NCBI GenBank assembly: GCA_963751565.1
Contig: CAVVVA010000014.1
Location: 40,139 to 104,138 of the forward strand
Reading direction: 5' to 3'
Source of the DNA: an uncultured Actinomycetes bacterium
Lineage (GTDB): Bacteria; Actinomycetota; Thermoleophilia; UBA2241
Length of the DNA: 64,000 nucleotides
The position numbers were made by a program, and so were the translations under genes. The notes beneath the pieces were generated by a model. The model saw only the letters and a program-made list of their open reading frames with translations, was not told where the DNA came from and did no database searches. Of the stretch, positions 36,676-46,363 are shown piece after piece; positions within the stretch are counted from its first letter, which is position 1, and every line of letters begins with the position of its first letter.

Positions 36676-36981
36676 ATGGGGGTTTGGCGCATGTGTTGCC
36701 TGGGCTGTCTCGGCATGTTCGCGCCGCGACTCGTGGTTGTCTTCCTGTGGATCTTCACCAACTCCGTGAACCGTGCCTTCAGCAGCCTCATATGGCCCCT
36801 GATCGGCATCATCTTCCTGCCCTTCACGACGCTCTTCTACGTGCTCGTGTACTCGGTCGCCGACCACGGCCCGACGGCGGCCGGCTGGGTGCTCGTGTTC
36901 ATCGGTTTCCTGCTCGACCTCGGTTCCTACTCGTCGAGCTACCGCGATCGCCGGCGCATGCCGTACTACCCCGGCTCCTGA
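36676..36981 (+). CDS. Small hypothetical membrane protein
   Basis: W/F/I/Y-rich TM segments (LVVVFLWIFTNSVNRAFSSLIWPLIGIIFLPFTTLFYVLVY). Alternative start at 36691. Confidence 0.45.
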   Translation: MGVWRMCCLGCLGMFAPRLVVVFLWIFTNSVNRAFSSLIWPLIGIIFLPFTTLFYVLVYSVADHGPTAAGWVLVFIGFLLDLGSYSSSYRDRRRMPYYPGS

Positions 36982-37199
36982 CCGCCTCCGGACTTGCGAC
37001 ACGGACGCCCGATCTTGGGGGCGGCGGGCGAAAGGCGCCGGTGAGGACGGCGGGCGACCGGAGCCGCCGCCGCGAGATCCCGTGCGCCACCACTTCGAGA
37101 GCGACGACGCGACCGTCCGGGGCAACGAGGGCCGCCTTGCTGGTCGCCAAGCCGATGCCGATGCCCGGGACGAGCTCGGCGCTCGTGCTCGCCCGAGTG

Positions 37200-38420
37200 T
37201 CAGCCGGCGGCGGGCGGGGCGGCCTTCGCGCCGTACCGTCGCCGGTACAGCACGTAGGCCACCCCGCCCGCCGGGATCGGCATCCAGAATGAAACGAGAC
37301 GGTAGGCGAGCGTGCCCAGAGTCGCGTCGGCGACCCCGACGCCGGCCAGCCCGAGCGTGGCGACGAGGCCGACTTCGACGAAGCCGAGCCCGCCGGGCGT
37401 GATCGGCACCATGCCCAGCAGGGCGGCGACGACGTAGGCGACAAGCACGAGGGAGGCGCGCGGCCGCGCGCCCGTGGCGCCCAGCGCCGCGAGCAACGCG
37501 CTGTAGTCGAGCAGCCAGTTGCCGGCGGCGTAGGGCAGCGCCTCCCACCACCGCCGGCCGAGCATGTTCTTGATGAGATCGCGCTCGTCGACCAGCCGGC
37601 CCGACAGGCCGGTCATGGGCTGGCGGCGACGGCGCAGACGGTTGTGCACGCGCTCGACCAGCACGCCTACCGCCCGCAGGGGGCGGTCGAAGAACAGCCC
37701 GACGGCGCCCGCCGCCAGGATGAGGGCAAAGACGATCATGCCGTAGACGAGAGCGTGCACCAGCGTCGTGTCGACCGTCGCGCCGCCGAACAGGATCGCC
37801 GGCAGCGACAGGACCGGCAGGCTGAACAGGACGGCGGTCGACAGCAGCGTGGTCGCGGTGAGACCGGAGACGACGCGTTCGGGCGGCGCTCCGGTAGCGG
37901 TGAACATCTGGTAGCTCGCAGTGCCGCCCGAGGCGGCGCCGCCGGGGATGAGGCGGCTCACCGCGTTGCTCGACAGCTGCGCCGTGGCGATCAGAAACCA
38001 GCTCGGTTCGTTCAGGCTCAGTCGCATGAGCCCCCAGGCGCAGGCGAAGCTGGCCGCCTCGAGCAGACCCATGAGGACGAACCAGAACCACAGGATGCCG
38101 CGCAGTTGCGGCAGTTGCGAGAACAGGTTGACGAGCTGCGGCCAGACGAAGTACAGACCGACGATGGCTATGCCGAACACCAGGATCTGGCGCAGCGGCA
38201 GCCGCTTGAGCAGCGTCCACAACCCGGGGGCGACCTCGTCGGCGGGGGCGCCTGCGCTCCTGCCGCGGCCCGGCGCCGCGCCTCGCGCCGGCGCGGCGGC
38301 GGGCGACCGGTGCGGCGCCGCGTCGGGCTCGCGGGGCCCACCCTGCGGCCTCGGCGGCCGTGGGGGGCGCCGCTGGGGGTCGCCGGGTGCCGTGTCGTTG
38401 CCGGGCATGTCGGGCCCCAT
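37200..38420 (-). CDS. YbhN/UPF0104 flippase-like membrane protein (lysylphosphatidylglycerol-synthase TM-domain family)
   Basis: Pro/Arg-rich disordered N-terminus, then about eight TM helices in the MprF-TM/YbhN pattern. Confidence 0.75.
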   Translation of the reverse strand: MGPDMPGNDTAPGDPQRRPPRPPRPQGGPREPDAAPHRSPAAAPARGAAPGRGRSAGAPADEVAPGLWTLLKRLPLRQILVFGIAIVGLYFVWPQLVNLFSQLPQLRGILWFWFVLMGLLEAASFACAWGLMRLSLNEPSWFLIATAQLSSNAVSRLIPGGAASGGTASYQMFTATGAPPERVVSGLTATTLLSTAVLFSLPVLSLPAILFGGATVDTTLVHALVYGMIVFALILAAGAVGLFFDRPLRAVGVLVERVHNRLRRRRQPMTGLSGRLVDERDLIKNMLGRRWWEALPYAAGNWLLDYSALLAALGATGARPRASLVLVAYVVAALLGMVPITPGGLGFVEVGLVATLGLAGVGVADATLGTLAYRLVSFWMPIPAGGVAYVLYRRRYGAKAAPPAAG

Positions 38421-38585
38421 GCTATCGCTTCACCACGCTCCAGCGGAACACCACCGGCGCCCGCCCTGCCGCGCGCGCGCCCCCTGCCGCGCGCCCGCCC
38501 CCGCGCGACCGCCCGCCGCGCGACCGCCCCTCGCGGCCCGGGCGGCAGACGCGGTAAGCTACCGGGCGTCGGCCAAGGGGGAAGG

Positions 38586-39680
38586 GTGTCGTCAGAAATC
38601 GTCAATGGGTTCGCGGGGACGGCCGCGGCGCCCGGCGCACCGGCGCCCGGCGCGGCGGCGATCGGGCCGGCGTTTCCCAAGATCGAGCTCCACGTGCATC
38701 TCGAGGCCACCGTCCGGCCGGCCACGCTGCTCGCCGTCGCGCACCGCAACGGCTACCGCCTGCCGGCCGACAGCGTCGAAGGTCTGGCCGAGCTCTGCAG
38801 GTTCCGCGACTTCCCGCACTTTCTGTCGGTCTGGATGGCCACGACGCCGGCTCTGCAGACCGCCGCCGACTTTCGCCAGGTCGTCGTCGACTACGCGGCC
38901 GAAGCCGCCCGACTCGGGGCCGTGTACATCGAGGGCATCTTCTCGCCGGCCGAGCCGGCCGCGCGCGGGGTCGCCTGGGAGGAGGTCTTCGAGGGCTACT
39001 GCGACGGCGCCCAGGAGGCCCGCGAGCGCACCGGTGTCGAGATCAACCTCACGCCCGATCTCACCCGCGCGTTCAGCCCGCAGGTAGCCGAGGAGACCGT
39101 CGCCTGGTGCGCCCGCTACCGCGATCGGGGCGTGGTGGCCGTCGGGCTCGGCGGGCCCGAGACCTCACCTCTTCCGTTCGCCACGGCGTTCGGCCTCGCC
39201 CGCTCGCTGGGCCTCGGCTCCGTGCCGCACGCCGGCGAGGCTGCCGGACCGGACTCGATACGCGGCGCGCTCAACGCTCTGCACGCCGACCGCATCCGTC
39301 ACGGCATCCGCGCCGTCGAGGACCCGGCGCTGGTGGTCGAGCTCGCCGAACGCGGCATCGTGCTCGACGTGACTCCCGTCTCCAACCTGCGCACCCGCGT
39401 CGTGGCCTCACTCGACGAGCATCCGCTGCGCGCCCTCGCGGCCGGCGGCGTGCGCTGCTCCGTTTCCACCGACGACCCCGCCCTGTTCGCCACCGACCTG
39501 ACCCTCGACTACGCCATGGCGGCGCACCTTGGCGCGGCGCCGCGCTGGGTCTTCGAGAACGGCGTGGCCGGAGCGCTCTGCGACGGAGCGACGCGGTCGC
39601 GGCTGCGGCGCATCGGCGAGGAGTTCGACTGGTCCGCCGTGGGCCCGCCGCCGGCGGACCTCATCGAGTCGCTGCGCTAG
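38586..39680 (+). CDS. add: Adenosine deaminase family protein
   Basis: Metal-binding HVHLEA near the N-terminus, central ...SVPHAGE..., and SVSTDDPALF near the C-terminus. GTG start with AAGGGGGAAGGG upstream. Confidence 0.85.
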   Translation: MSSEIVNGFAGTAAAPGAPAPGAAAIGPAFPKIELHVHLEATVRPATLLAVAHRNGYRLPADSVEGLAELCRFRDFPHFLSVWMATTPALQTAADFRQVVVDYAAEAARLGAVYIEGIFSPAEPAARGVAWEEVFEGYCDGAQEARERTGVEINLTPDLTRAFSPQVAEETVAWCARYRDRGVVAVGLGGPETSPLPFATAFGLARSLGLGSVPHAGEAAGPDSIRGALNALHADRIRHGIRAVEDPALVVELAERGIVLDVTPVSNLRTRVVASLDEHPLRALAAGGVRCSVSTDDPALFATDLTLDYAMAAHLGAAPRWVFENGVAGALCDGATRSRLRRIGEEFDWSAVGPPPADLIESLR

Positions 39681-39735
39681 ACGGCGACGCCCGGCGTAGC
39701 CTTGACCCGCGCTGGAGAGGAGGTGGACTGACGCC

Positions 39736-41301
39736 ATGGCCGGCCGGTTCGCGGAAACCTACCGCATCGTCGGCGACCTGCCGCCCGGCGATGCCCTCAC
39801 CGCGCAACGGGCGGTCACCGCCGACGACGTCGAGGTGGTCGTCAAAACGGTCCGCCCGGTGGCTCCCGAGATGTTCGTGGCAGCCATCGCACGTGTGGCG
39901 CACGTGGCCGGCCCGCACACCGAGCGCGTGCTGGCCTGGGAGGAGCAGGGTCAGTACGTCTGGTTTGCCACCGAGCCGGTCGAAGGCATCGACCTCGGTC
40001 GCGTGCTGGCCGACGCGGGCGCCCTGTCGCCGCAGGCGGTGGCATCTCTGGGCGCCCAGGCGGCGCTCGGCCTGGCCGGCCTGCACGAGCACGGCGTCGT
40101 GCACGGCGCCGTCAAGCCCCGCTCGCTGATCCAGACGGCCGACGGCAGCCTCATGCTGATCGACGCGGGCCTTTCGCAGGCGCAGGGCGGAGCGGACCTG
40201 AGCGAGCAGGCGCCGCCCCGCGGCGCGGCCTATGTGAGCCCCGAAGAGGCGCTCGGCCGGCCGCTGGCGCCGGCCTCCGACGTCTACAGCCTCGGGGTCG
40301 TCCTGTACGAACTCGCCACGGGACGCCTGCCGTTCGACCGGCGCAGCGCTTTCGCGGTCGCCGAGGACCACGTCGGCGCGCCGGTCGTGCCGCCGCACCG
40401 GCTCAATCCGGAGGTGCCTGCCTGGCTCGAGAGCGTCATCATGCGGTCGCTGGCCAAACCTCCCGAAGACCGCTACGCCTCGGGTCGCGAGCTCTTCCAG
40501 GCGCTCGTGAACGCACTTCAGGCGCAGGTCGCGCCGCCCGTGGCAAGCGCACCGGCCGCCCCGCCCAGGCGCAAGGCATGGCCCTGGATCGTGGCCGGCG
40601 TCGCGGCGCTGGTCATCGTCCTTGCGGTGCTCTGGGCGACCGGGATGTTCGCCCAGAAGCTCACGGTCCCCAACATCGTCGGCTCGACGCCGACAGCCGC
40701 ACAGGCGACCCTCACCAGCGCCGGCTTCAAGCTCGGCACCATCGGCTACCGGCAGGGCGTCGGCAAGCCGCAGGGCACCATCCTCTCGCAGAGCCCGGGC
40801 GCGGGGACGCAGGCCAGGAAGGGCTCGGCCGTGAACCTCGTCGCGGTGGGCGCGACCGCGCAGACGGTGCCCAGCGTCATCGGCATGACCCAGTCGGCGG
40901 CGAGCGCCGCGATCGCCGGCGCCGGCCTGGCGCTGGGCCACGTCACGCAGGTGTACAGCGACACCGGGCCCTCGGGCACAGTCACCGGCCAGGCTCCCAG
41001 CGCGGGTGTCACGGCGCCGGCCGGCTCGCAGGTCGCGATCACCGTCTCACGGGGACCGACGCCCTCGGCCAGCCCCTCGGCGGCGGCCGTGCCCACCGTG
41101 ACCGGCCAGAGCCAGTCACAGGCGGTGGCGACGCTGCAGTCGGCGGGCTTCGCCGTGGTGATCGATCAGGCGCCCAGCGCAACGGTGCCGGCCGGCGCCG
41201 TCCTCACCCAGACGCCCGCCGGCGGCGTGCTCGCCCCGCCGGGCACGACCGTGACGATCGTCGTCTCGAGCGGCGCGCCGTCGACCTCGCCGAGCCCCTG
41301 A
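39736..41301 (+). CDS. Ser/Thr kinase-like protein with degenerate catalytic motifs, TM helix and three PASTA domains (probable pseudokinase)
   Basis: Kinase fold is recognisable, but the catalytic loop reads HGAVKPRS (no Asp in HRD), DFG is DAG, and the Gly-rich loop is degenerate. One TM helix (WPWIVAGVAALVIVLAVLWA). Three PASTA repeats. Strong GGAGAGGAGGTGG Shine-Dalgarno. Confidence 0.8.
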   Translation: MAGRFAETYRIVGDLPPGDALTAQRAVTADDVEVVVKTVRPVAPEMFVAAIARVAHVAGPHTERVLAWEEQGQYVWFATEPVEGIDLGRVLADAGALSPQAVASLGAQAALGLAGLHEHGVVHGAVKPRSLIQTADGSLMLIDAGLSQAQGGADLSEQAPPRGAAYVSPEEALGRPLAPASDVYSLGVVLYELATGRLPFDRRSAFAVAEDHVGAPVVPPHRLNPEVPAWLESVIMRSLAKPPEDRYASGRELFQALVNALQAQVAPPVASAPAAPPRRKAWPWIVAGVAALVIVLAVLWATGMFAQKLTVPNIVGSTPTAAQATLTSAGFKLGTIGYRQGVGKPQGTILSQSPGAGTQARKGSAVNLVAVGATAQTVPSVIGMTQSAASAAIAGAGLALGHVTQVYSDTGPSGTVTGQAPSAGVTAPAGSQVAITVSRGPTPSASPSAAAVPTVTGQSQSQAVATLQSAGFAVVIDQAPSATVPAGAVLTQTPAGGVLAPPGTTVTIVVSSGAPSTSPSP

Positions 41302-41517
41302 GCTCGGCGACACGCTCGACTCGGGCGACGCGACGCTCTTCGTCATGGGCTCGCCTGCGCTCCGGGGAGCGTACCGAGCGCATCCTGTCGGGCGCGCGGC
41401 GGAGGGTGGCGGGCGGGAGCTCGCGTCCGCGGCCCGGGCCGGGGTCGGCGCGGTGGGCGCAGACGACCCTTAGTGGGATAGGATGGCGCCGTTTCTTCGT
41501 CGACGAACTGAGGCGGC

Positions 41518-43005
41518 ATGAGCCTGCTTCCCGTCCTTCTGGCAGACCTGCATCTGGGCCCGTTCGGTTCCATTCCGTTTTGGCTCCTCGTGCCGCTCGT
41601 CGCGTACTGGGCGGTCGTCGTCGTGCTGCTGGTCTACGACAACCGCGAGCCGAGCAGCACCCTGATATGGCTGTTCGTGCTGACGGTGCTGCCCGTTCTC
41701 GGACTCCTTCTGTTCCTGTTCTTCGGCAGAGACTGGAAGGTGATCACGGCCCGCCGGCATTGGGCCGAGGGGTACGTGGCGGCCGTCAGGGCCAAGATGG
41801 GCCCCGTCTACGAGCGCAACGCCGCGGCCCGGGAGCGCTTCACGGCACAGTACGGCGACACCCTTGCCGCCGACATCTCGGCGACGATCCGCAAGGAGAG
41901 CGGCTCCTTCCCGTTGCCGGCCGACAGCGTCGAGATCTTCGCGGCCGGCGCCGAGAAGTTCTCCCGCCTCGAGCAGGACCTGGCCGCGGCCGCTTCGTTC
42001 ATCCACATGGAGTACTTCATCTGGGAGCAGGACGAGCTGACCGCCCGGATCACCCACATCTTGCTCGACCGCCTGGCGGCCGGCGTCGAGGTGCGCATCC
42101 TCTACGACTACGTCGGCAGCATGAGCTTCAAGAAGGACGAGCTCCACAAGCTGGCCGCCGCGGGCGCCCGGGTGAGCGCCGACGTGAAGTACCTCTTCAA
42201 GCTGAACTACCGCAACCATCGCAAGATCGTGGTGATCGACGGCGTGGTCGGCTACACCGGCGGCATGAACCTGGGTCAGGAGTACATCGACGGCGGCAAG
42301 CGCTTTGCGACCTGGCGCGACACCGATCTGCGCATCACCGGACAGGCCGTCGCCGAGCTGCAGAAGCTGTTCGCCACGCGCTGGTTCGAAGACGAGCACG
42401 ACGACCTGCTCGAGGACCGCTACCTGCCGCCGGCTCAGAACGGCGCCACAGACGGGCAGGTCCTGACCCAGCTCGTCGCGCACACCATCGAAGATCCCTG
42501 GGAGACCGGCCGCCGGGCCCACATGATCGCCATCTCGCGGGCTCAGCGCTCGCTGAAGATCCAGTCGCCGTACTTCGTGCCCGATCAGGGCATGTACGAC
42601 GCCATGATCAACGCCGCCCTGTCCGGGGTCGACCTGCGTTTCATGATGACCGGCCTGATCGACAAGAAGCTGCCCTTCTGGGCGGCCCAGACCTACTACG
42701 AGCGGCTGCTGCGCGCCGGGGCCCACATCTACCTCTACGAGGCCGGCTTCTTCCACGCCAAGACGATCGCGGTCGATTCCGCGATCTGCGCCGTCGGCAC
42801 CATGAACATGGACATCCGCAGCCTGCGTCTGCACAAGGAGCTCATGATGTGGCTGTTCGACGCGGAGCTGACGCGGCAGCTCGAGGACATCTTCGAACGC
42901 GATCTGCTGCAGTGCCGCGAGGTGACGCTGGCCGACGTACGCTCGGTCGGGCGCTGGCAGCGGTTTCGCAACTCCTTCGCCAGGCTGTTCTCGGCCGAAA
43001 TCTAG
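41518..43005 (+). CDS. cls: Cardiolipin synthase (PLD family, two HKD motifs)
   Basis: Two N-terminal TM helices. HKD motifs NHRKIVVIDG and FHAKTIAVDS. Confidence 0.9.
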   Translation: MSLLPVLLADLHLGPFGSIPFWLLVPLVAYWAVVVVLLVYDNREPSSTLIWLFVLTVLPVLGLLLFLFFGRDWKVITARRHWAEGYVAAVRAKMGPVYERNAAARERFTAQYGDTLAADISATIRKESGSFPLPADSVEIFAAGAEKFSRLEQDLAAAASFIHMEYFIWEQDELTARITHILLDRLAAGVEVRILYDYVGSMSFKKDELHKLAAAGARVSADVKYLFKLNYRNHRKIVVIDGVVGYTGGMNLGQEYIDGGKRFATWRDTDLRITGQAVAELQKLFATRWFEDEHDDLLEDRYLPPAQNGATDGQVLTQLVAHTIEDPWETGRRAHMIAISRAQRSLKIQSPYFVPDQGMYDAMINAALSGVDLRFMMTGLIDKKLPFWAAQTYYERLLRAGAHIYLYEAGFFHAKTIAVDSAICAVGTMNMDIRSLRLHKELMMWLFDAELTRQLEDIFERDLLQCREVTLADVRSVGRWQRFRNSFARLFSAEI

Positions 43006-43163
43006 CGAGTCCCGGCGCTCGCGAAGGCCGCTAAACGGGACAGGAGCCCGGCTGGTTCTGGTATGTAGTACGAACGCGCGCCCTCGTCGACCAGGCGCGG
43101 CACGTGAGCGGCCGTCGGCAGCGTGTCGGCGGGACACCGGGACCGACCGAAAAGGAAGAAAGC

Positions 43164-44012
43164 ATGGCCGAGACGCAGGAGTCGACAGCAGGCGGCAGGC
43201 CGCCCACCACCGACGACCTCGAGACGCACCGGCGCTCGGTCGCCGCCGTCGCCGAGGCGACCCACACGGCGCATCAGCTGGCCTCGATGCTCGAGTTCCA
43301 CCAGGCCAAATACGAGTATCGCCGGCTGTTCTCCGAGCTGCTGGGCACCTTCATGCTGGTCTTCGTCGCGGTCGGCGGGGGCATCGTCAACGCCAGGTTC
43401 GGGGGCAACGTCATTCCGCAGTTCATCCGGGTGACCGCGCCCGCCCTCATGGTGATGAGCATCATCCTGTTCATGGGCGCCGTCTCGGGCGCGCACCTGA
43501 ACCCCGGGGTCAGTCTGGCCTTTGCCCTGCGCGGCGACTTTCCCTGGCGGCGCGTGCCGCTGTACATCGTCGCCCAGTTCGTCGGCGCCATCCTCGCCAC
43601 GCTGCTGCTGGTCGCCCTGCTGGGCAAGCAGGGCAACGCCGGCCTCACCCTTCCGGGCACGGGCATCAGCGCCACCACCGCCCTGCTCTGGGAGATCGTG
43701 CTCACGACAGGCCTCGTGAGCGTCATCCTCGGCACGGCGTCGGGCGCCCAGGCGGTGGGCTGGGGCGCCGCCATCGGCGTCGCCGGCTTCATCGCCCTGG
43801 CCGGCATGGTGGGCGCCTCGGTGAGCGGCGCCTCGATGAACACGGCACGCTCGCTCGGGCCGGCCATCGCCCTCGGGCACTTCACCGACTGGTGGGTCTA
43901 CCTCATCGGTCCGCCGGTCGGCGCCCTCATCGCCGCAGGGTTTGCCTACATCCTGCGCGGGCCGGGCGGCGACGCCAGTGCCCGCCGGGCCGGCTCGGGA
44001 ACGCTCGGTTGA
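43164..44012 (+). CDS. MIP-family channel (aquaporin/glycerol facilitator)
   Basis: First NPA box HLNPGVS. Second box is NTAR (SMNTARS). Six TM helices. AAAAGGAAG Shine-Dalgarno. Confidence 0.9.
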   Translation: MAETQESTAGGRPPTTDDLETHRRSVAAVAEATHTAHQLASMLEFHQAKYEYRRLFSELLGTFMLVFVAVGGGIVNARFGGNVIPQFIRVTAPALMVMSIILFMGAVSGAHLNPGVSLAFALRGDFPWRRVPLYIVAQFVGAILATLLLVALLGKQGNAGLTLPGTGISATTALLWEIVLTTGLVSVILGTASGAQAVGWGAAIGVAGFIALAGMVGASVSGASMNTARSLGPAIALGHFTDWWVYLIGPPVGALIAAGFAYILRGPGGDASARRAGSGTLG

Positions 44013-44060
44013 GTCTGAGGTAACTCCGCGACGGCGCGGTGGCCGAGCGGCTCGCGTAGA

Positions 44061-44993
44061 TCAACTCCCGTCGCTCGGGCCGGGCGGCGGCGTGGCGACT
44101 TCGGCTTCGAGACTCGCTTTGGCTTCGAGCAGCTCGCGCCGCGCGGCCGCGTCGACGGTCGGGTACTTCGGGTTGATCTCCATCAGGGTGTTGACGATCA
44201 CCGCGGCCGCGGCGGCCCGCGCGAACCACTTGTGGTCGGCGGGAATCACGTGCCACGGCGCCCACTCGGTGCTGGTGGCGGAGAGCATCTCCGAGAAGGC
44301 CTTCTGGTAGGCGTCCCAGTAGCGGCGCTCCCGCGCGTCGGCGGCCGAGAACTTCCAGTTCTTGTCGGGCCGCTCGACGCGCGCCAGAAAGCGCTCGCGC
44401 TGCTCCTCTTTGGAGACGTTGAGGAGCAGCTTGACGACGCGGACCCCGTTGTCGCTGAGGTAGTGCTCCCAGTCGTTGATCTCGCGGTAGCGGCGCTTCC
44501 AGACGTCACGGCGCGTCGCCGCCCGCGGCAGGTGCTGCGCCTCGAGAAGCTCCGGGTGGACCCGCACCACCAGGACCTCTTCGTAGTGGGAGCGGTTGAA
44601 GATGCCGATCTCGCCGCGGCCGGGCAGACGCCTGGCGTACCGCCACAGAAAGTCGTGGTTGAGCTCCTCCGACGAGGGCACCTTGAAGCTCGAGACCGTG
44701 ACTCCCTGCGGATTGACGCCGCTCATGACGTGGCGGATCGTGCCGTCCTTGCCCGCCGCGTCGAGCGCCTGCAGGACGATGAGCACGCCCCACGTGTCCT
44801 GGGCGGCCAGGCGCGCCTGATAGTCGGTGAGCAGCGCCACGCCCTGCTGCAGGAACTCCTCGCCGTCTTTCTTCTTGAGGTAGTGCGCCTTGTAGGCTGG
44901 GTCGAAGTCCTTCGCCAGGCGCACCCGCCTACCGGGGGTGACGCGGAAGGGCGCGATGAACTTCGCGATGTTGCGGAAGGTGGTGTCGGCCAC
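44061..44993 (-). CDS. ppk2: Polyphosphate kinase 2 (PPK2 family)
   Basis: Walker A LIVLQALDAAGKDGTI and PPK2 lid/Walker B regions (FNRSHYEE...). Confidence 0.9.
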   Translation of the reverse strand: MADTTFRNIAKFIAPFRVTPGRRVRLAKDFDPAYKAHYLKKKDGEEFLQQGVALLTDYQARLAAQDTWGVLIVLQALDAAGKDGTIRHVMSGVNPQGVTVSSFKVPSSEELNHDFLWRYARRLPGRGEIGIFNRSHYEEVLVVRVHPELLEAQHLPRAATRRDVWKRRYREINDWEHYLSDNGVRVVKLLLNVSKEEQRERFLARVERPDKNWKFSAADARERRYWDAYQKAFSEMLSATSTEWAPWHVIPADHKWFARAAAAAVIVNTLMEINPKYPTVDAAARRELLEAKASLEAEVATPPPGPSDGS

Positions 44994-45116
44994 GCTGCGC
45001 CTCCTCGCTCGATAGTTCGCCGACGATCATGGCAGCCGGGGGCGGGGCGGGCAACGCCCCGCCCCACCGGCCGAGCTCTGCTCGACATCCACGACCTTGA
45101 ACCGCCCGTCGCGCCG

Positions 45117-45392
45117 TCAGATGCCGCCGCGGCCCGGCGCGCGCCGGGCCACCCGGCGCCGGTGACGCAGCAGCAGCAGTATGATCTGGCCGGCGGCGAG
45201 CGACAGGCCGATCGTCACGACGAGCAGCAGCCACAGCGGCCACGAGAAGCTCCAGAACAGCCACGTCAGCTTGACCGACCTCCGGTTCTGGATGATGAAC
45301 GCCAGCACGGCGAGAGCGATCACGCCGACGATCGCCGGCACTACGAAGCGTGTTGGCGAGACGGGCCGGCCGGGGCCGGCCGGTGGTGTCAT
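45117..45392 (-). CDS. Small LapA/DUF1049-family membrane protein (second copy in window)
   Basis: LAFIIQNRRSVKLTWLFWSFSWPLWLLLVV..., then a basic tail. GGGAGG Shine-Dalgarno. Confidence 0.6.
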   Translation of the reverse strand: MTPPAGPGRPVSPTRFVVPAIVGVIALAVLAFIIQNRRSVKLTWLFWSFSWPLWLLLVVTIGLSLAAGQIILLLLRHRRRVARRAPGRGGI

Positions 45393-45405
45393 CTGACCGA
45401 CCTCC

Positions 45406-46275
45406 CTATGGAGTTTGTCGCGGCGACCAGCCCGCCGGCCGGTGCGACCACGCCGTAAGCCACGCCGGCAGCACGGCCAGCAGCGCGCGCATGATCTCGA
45501 GGCTGCGCCGCTCGAACTCGGCGTAGTCGTCGTAGACCTCGCCGCCGGCCGGATCGACGAGATCGCTGACCGCCCGCAGGATGAGGCACGGCATGCTGTT
45601 GCGCGCGGCGGTCCAGGCGATGGCGCCCGATTCCCAGTCGGCGGCGACCGCGCCGTACTTCTCGCGCAGCCGGCCGATCTGCGACGGCACGATGTCGCTG
45701 TCGGCCGAAACCAGGCGGACGCGGCGCACAGGCGACGGATAGGCTGCTGGAGGCTCCCCCTCCGGGCCGTCCAGCCAGGACAGGTCGATCGTCGTGGCGC
45801 GCTCGGCGATGGCCTCGTCGGCGTCGGTCATCTGCTCGACGATGTCGTAGACGAGCGTCCGCTCGGCGAGCAGCACCTCACCGCGCTCGACCTCGCCGGC
45901 CAGACCGCCGCAGGTGCCGAGATTGACGAGCAGCTGCGGCGCGAAGCGGTCGATCGCGTACTGGGTCGAGGCGGCCGCCGCGATCTTGCCCCAGCCGCCG
46001 TACACGAAGGCGGTGGCCGGGCCGGCCGTGGTTTCGGGCATCGCGAACCAGTCACCGAACGGCGAGCGCCGTCTCGGGGGCTCGGGCAGGAGCTTGTCCA
46101 GCGCCCGCCACTCGCTCGTGGCGCAGACCAGCACGACGACCTGCGGGCCGGCGGCGGGCGGGGCGGCGTGGCGCAGGTCGACCGCTTGCGATGCGAAGTC
46201 GTGCGTTGGACGTCCGGGCACTCGTCTCCTCGTCACCCTGGTGGCCGACGGCAGGTGAGCCTCACCGGGCATCAT
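45406..46275 (-). CDS. MTA/SAH nucleosidase-family (PNP_UDP_1) protein; possibly futalosine hydrolase
   Basis: VVVLVCATSEW...GGWGKIAAAAST...LVNLGTCGG...SADSD...MPCLILRAVSDLV matches MTAN/MqnB-family blocks. Start is uncertain (ATG 46275 or 46272); upstream ORF residues are noise overlapping the ndh start. Confidence 0.7.
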   Translation of the reverse strand: MMPGEAHLPSATRVTRRRVPGRPTHDFASQAVDLRHAAPPAAGPQVVVLVCATSEWRALDKLLPEPPRRRSPFGDWFAMPETTAGPATAFVYGGWGKIAAAASTQYAIDRFAPQLLVNLGTCGGLAGEVERGEVLLAERTLVYDIVEQMTDADEAIAERATTIDLSWLDGPEGEPPAAYPSPVRRVRLVSADSDIVPSQIGRLREKYGAVAADWESGAIAWTAARNSMPCLILRAVSDLVDPAGGEVYDDYAEFERRSLEIMRALLAVLPAWLTAWSHRPAGWSPRQTP

Positions 46276-46363
46276 ATCGCGCGCCGCCCGCTCGCCCTCC
46301 GCGCGCCCTTCGCCGCGCAGCCCGACAAGACCCGGGCGGATCGGCGAACCGTCCCAACGGGGT

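Noticed and set aside
40578-43137. 818 aa + ORF and 555 aa - ORF overlapping the PASTA-kinase 3' end and cls
   Set aside because: Arg/Gly/Pro-rich translations out of frame or antisense to cardiolipin synthase, which has both HKD motifs.
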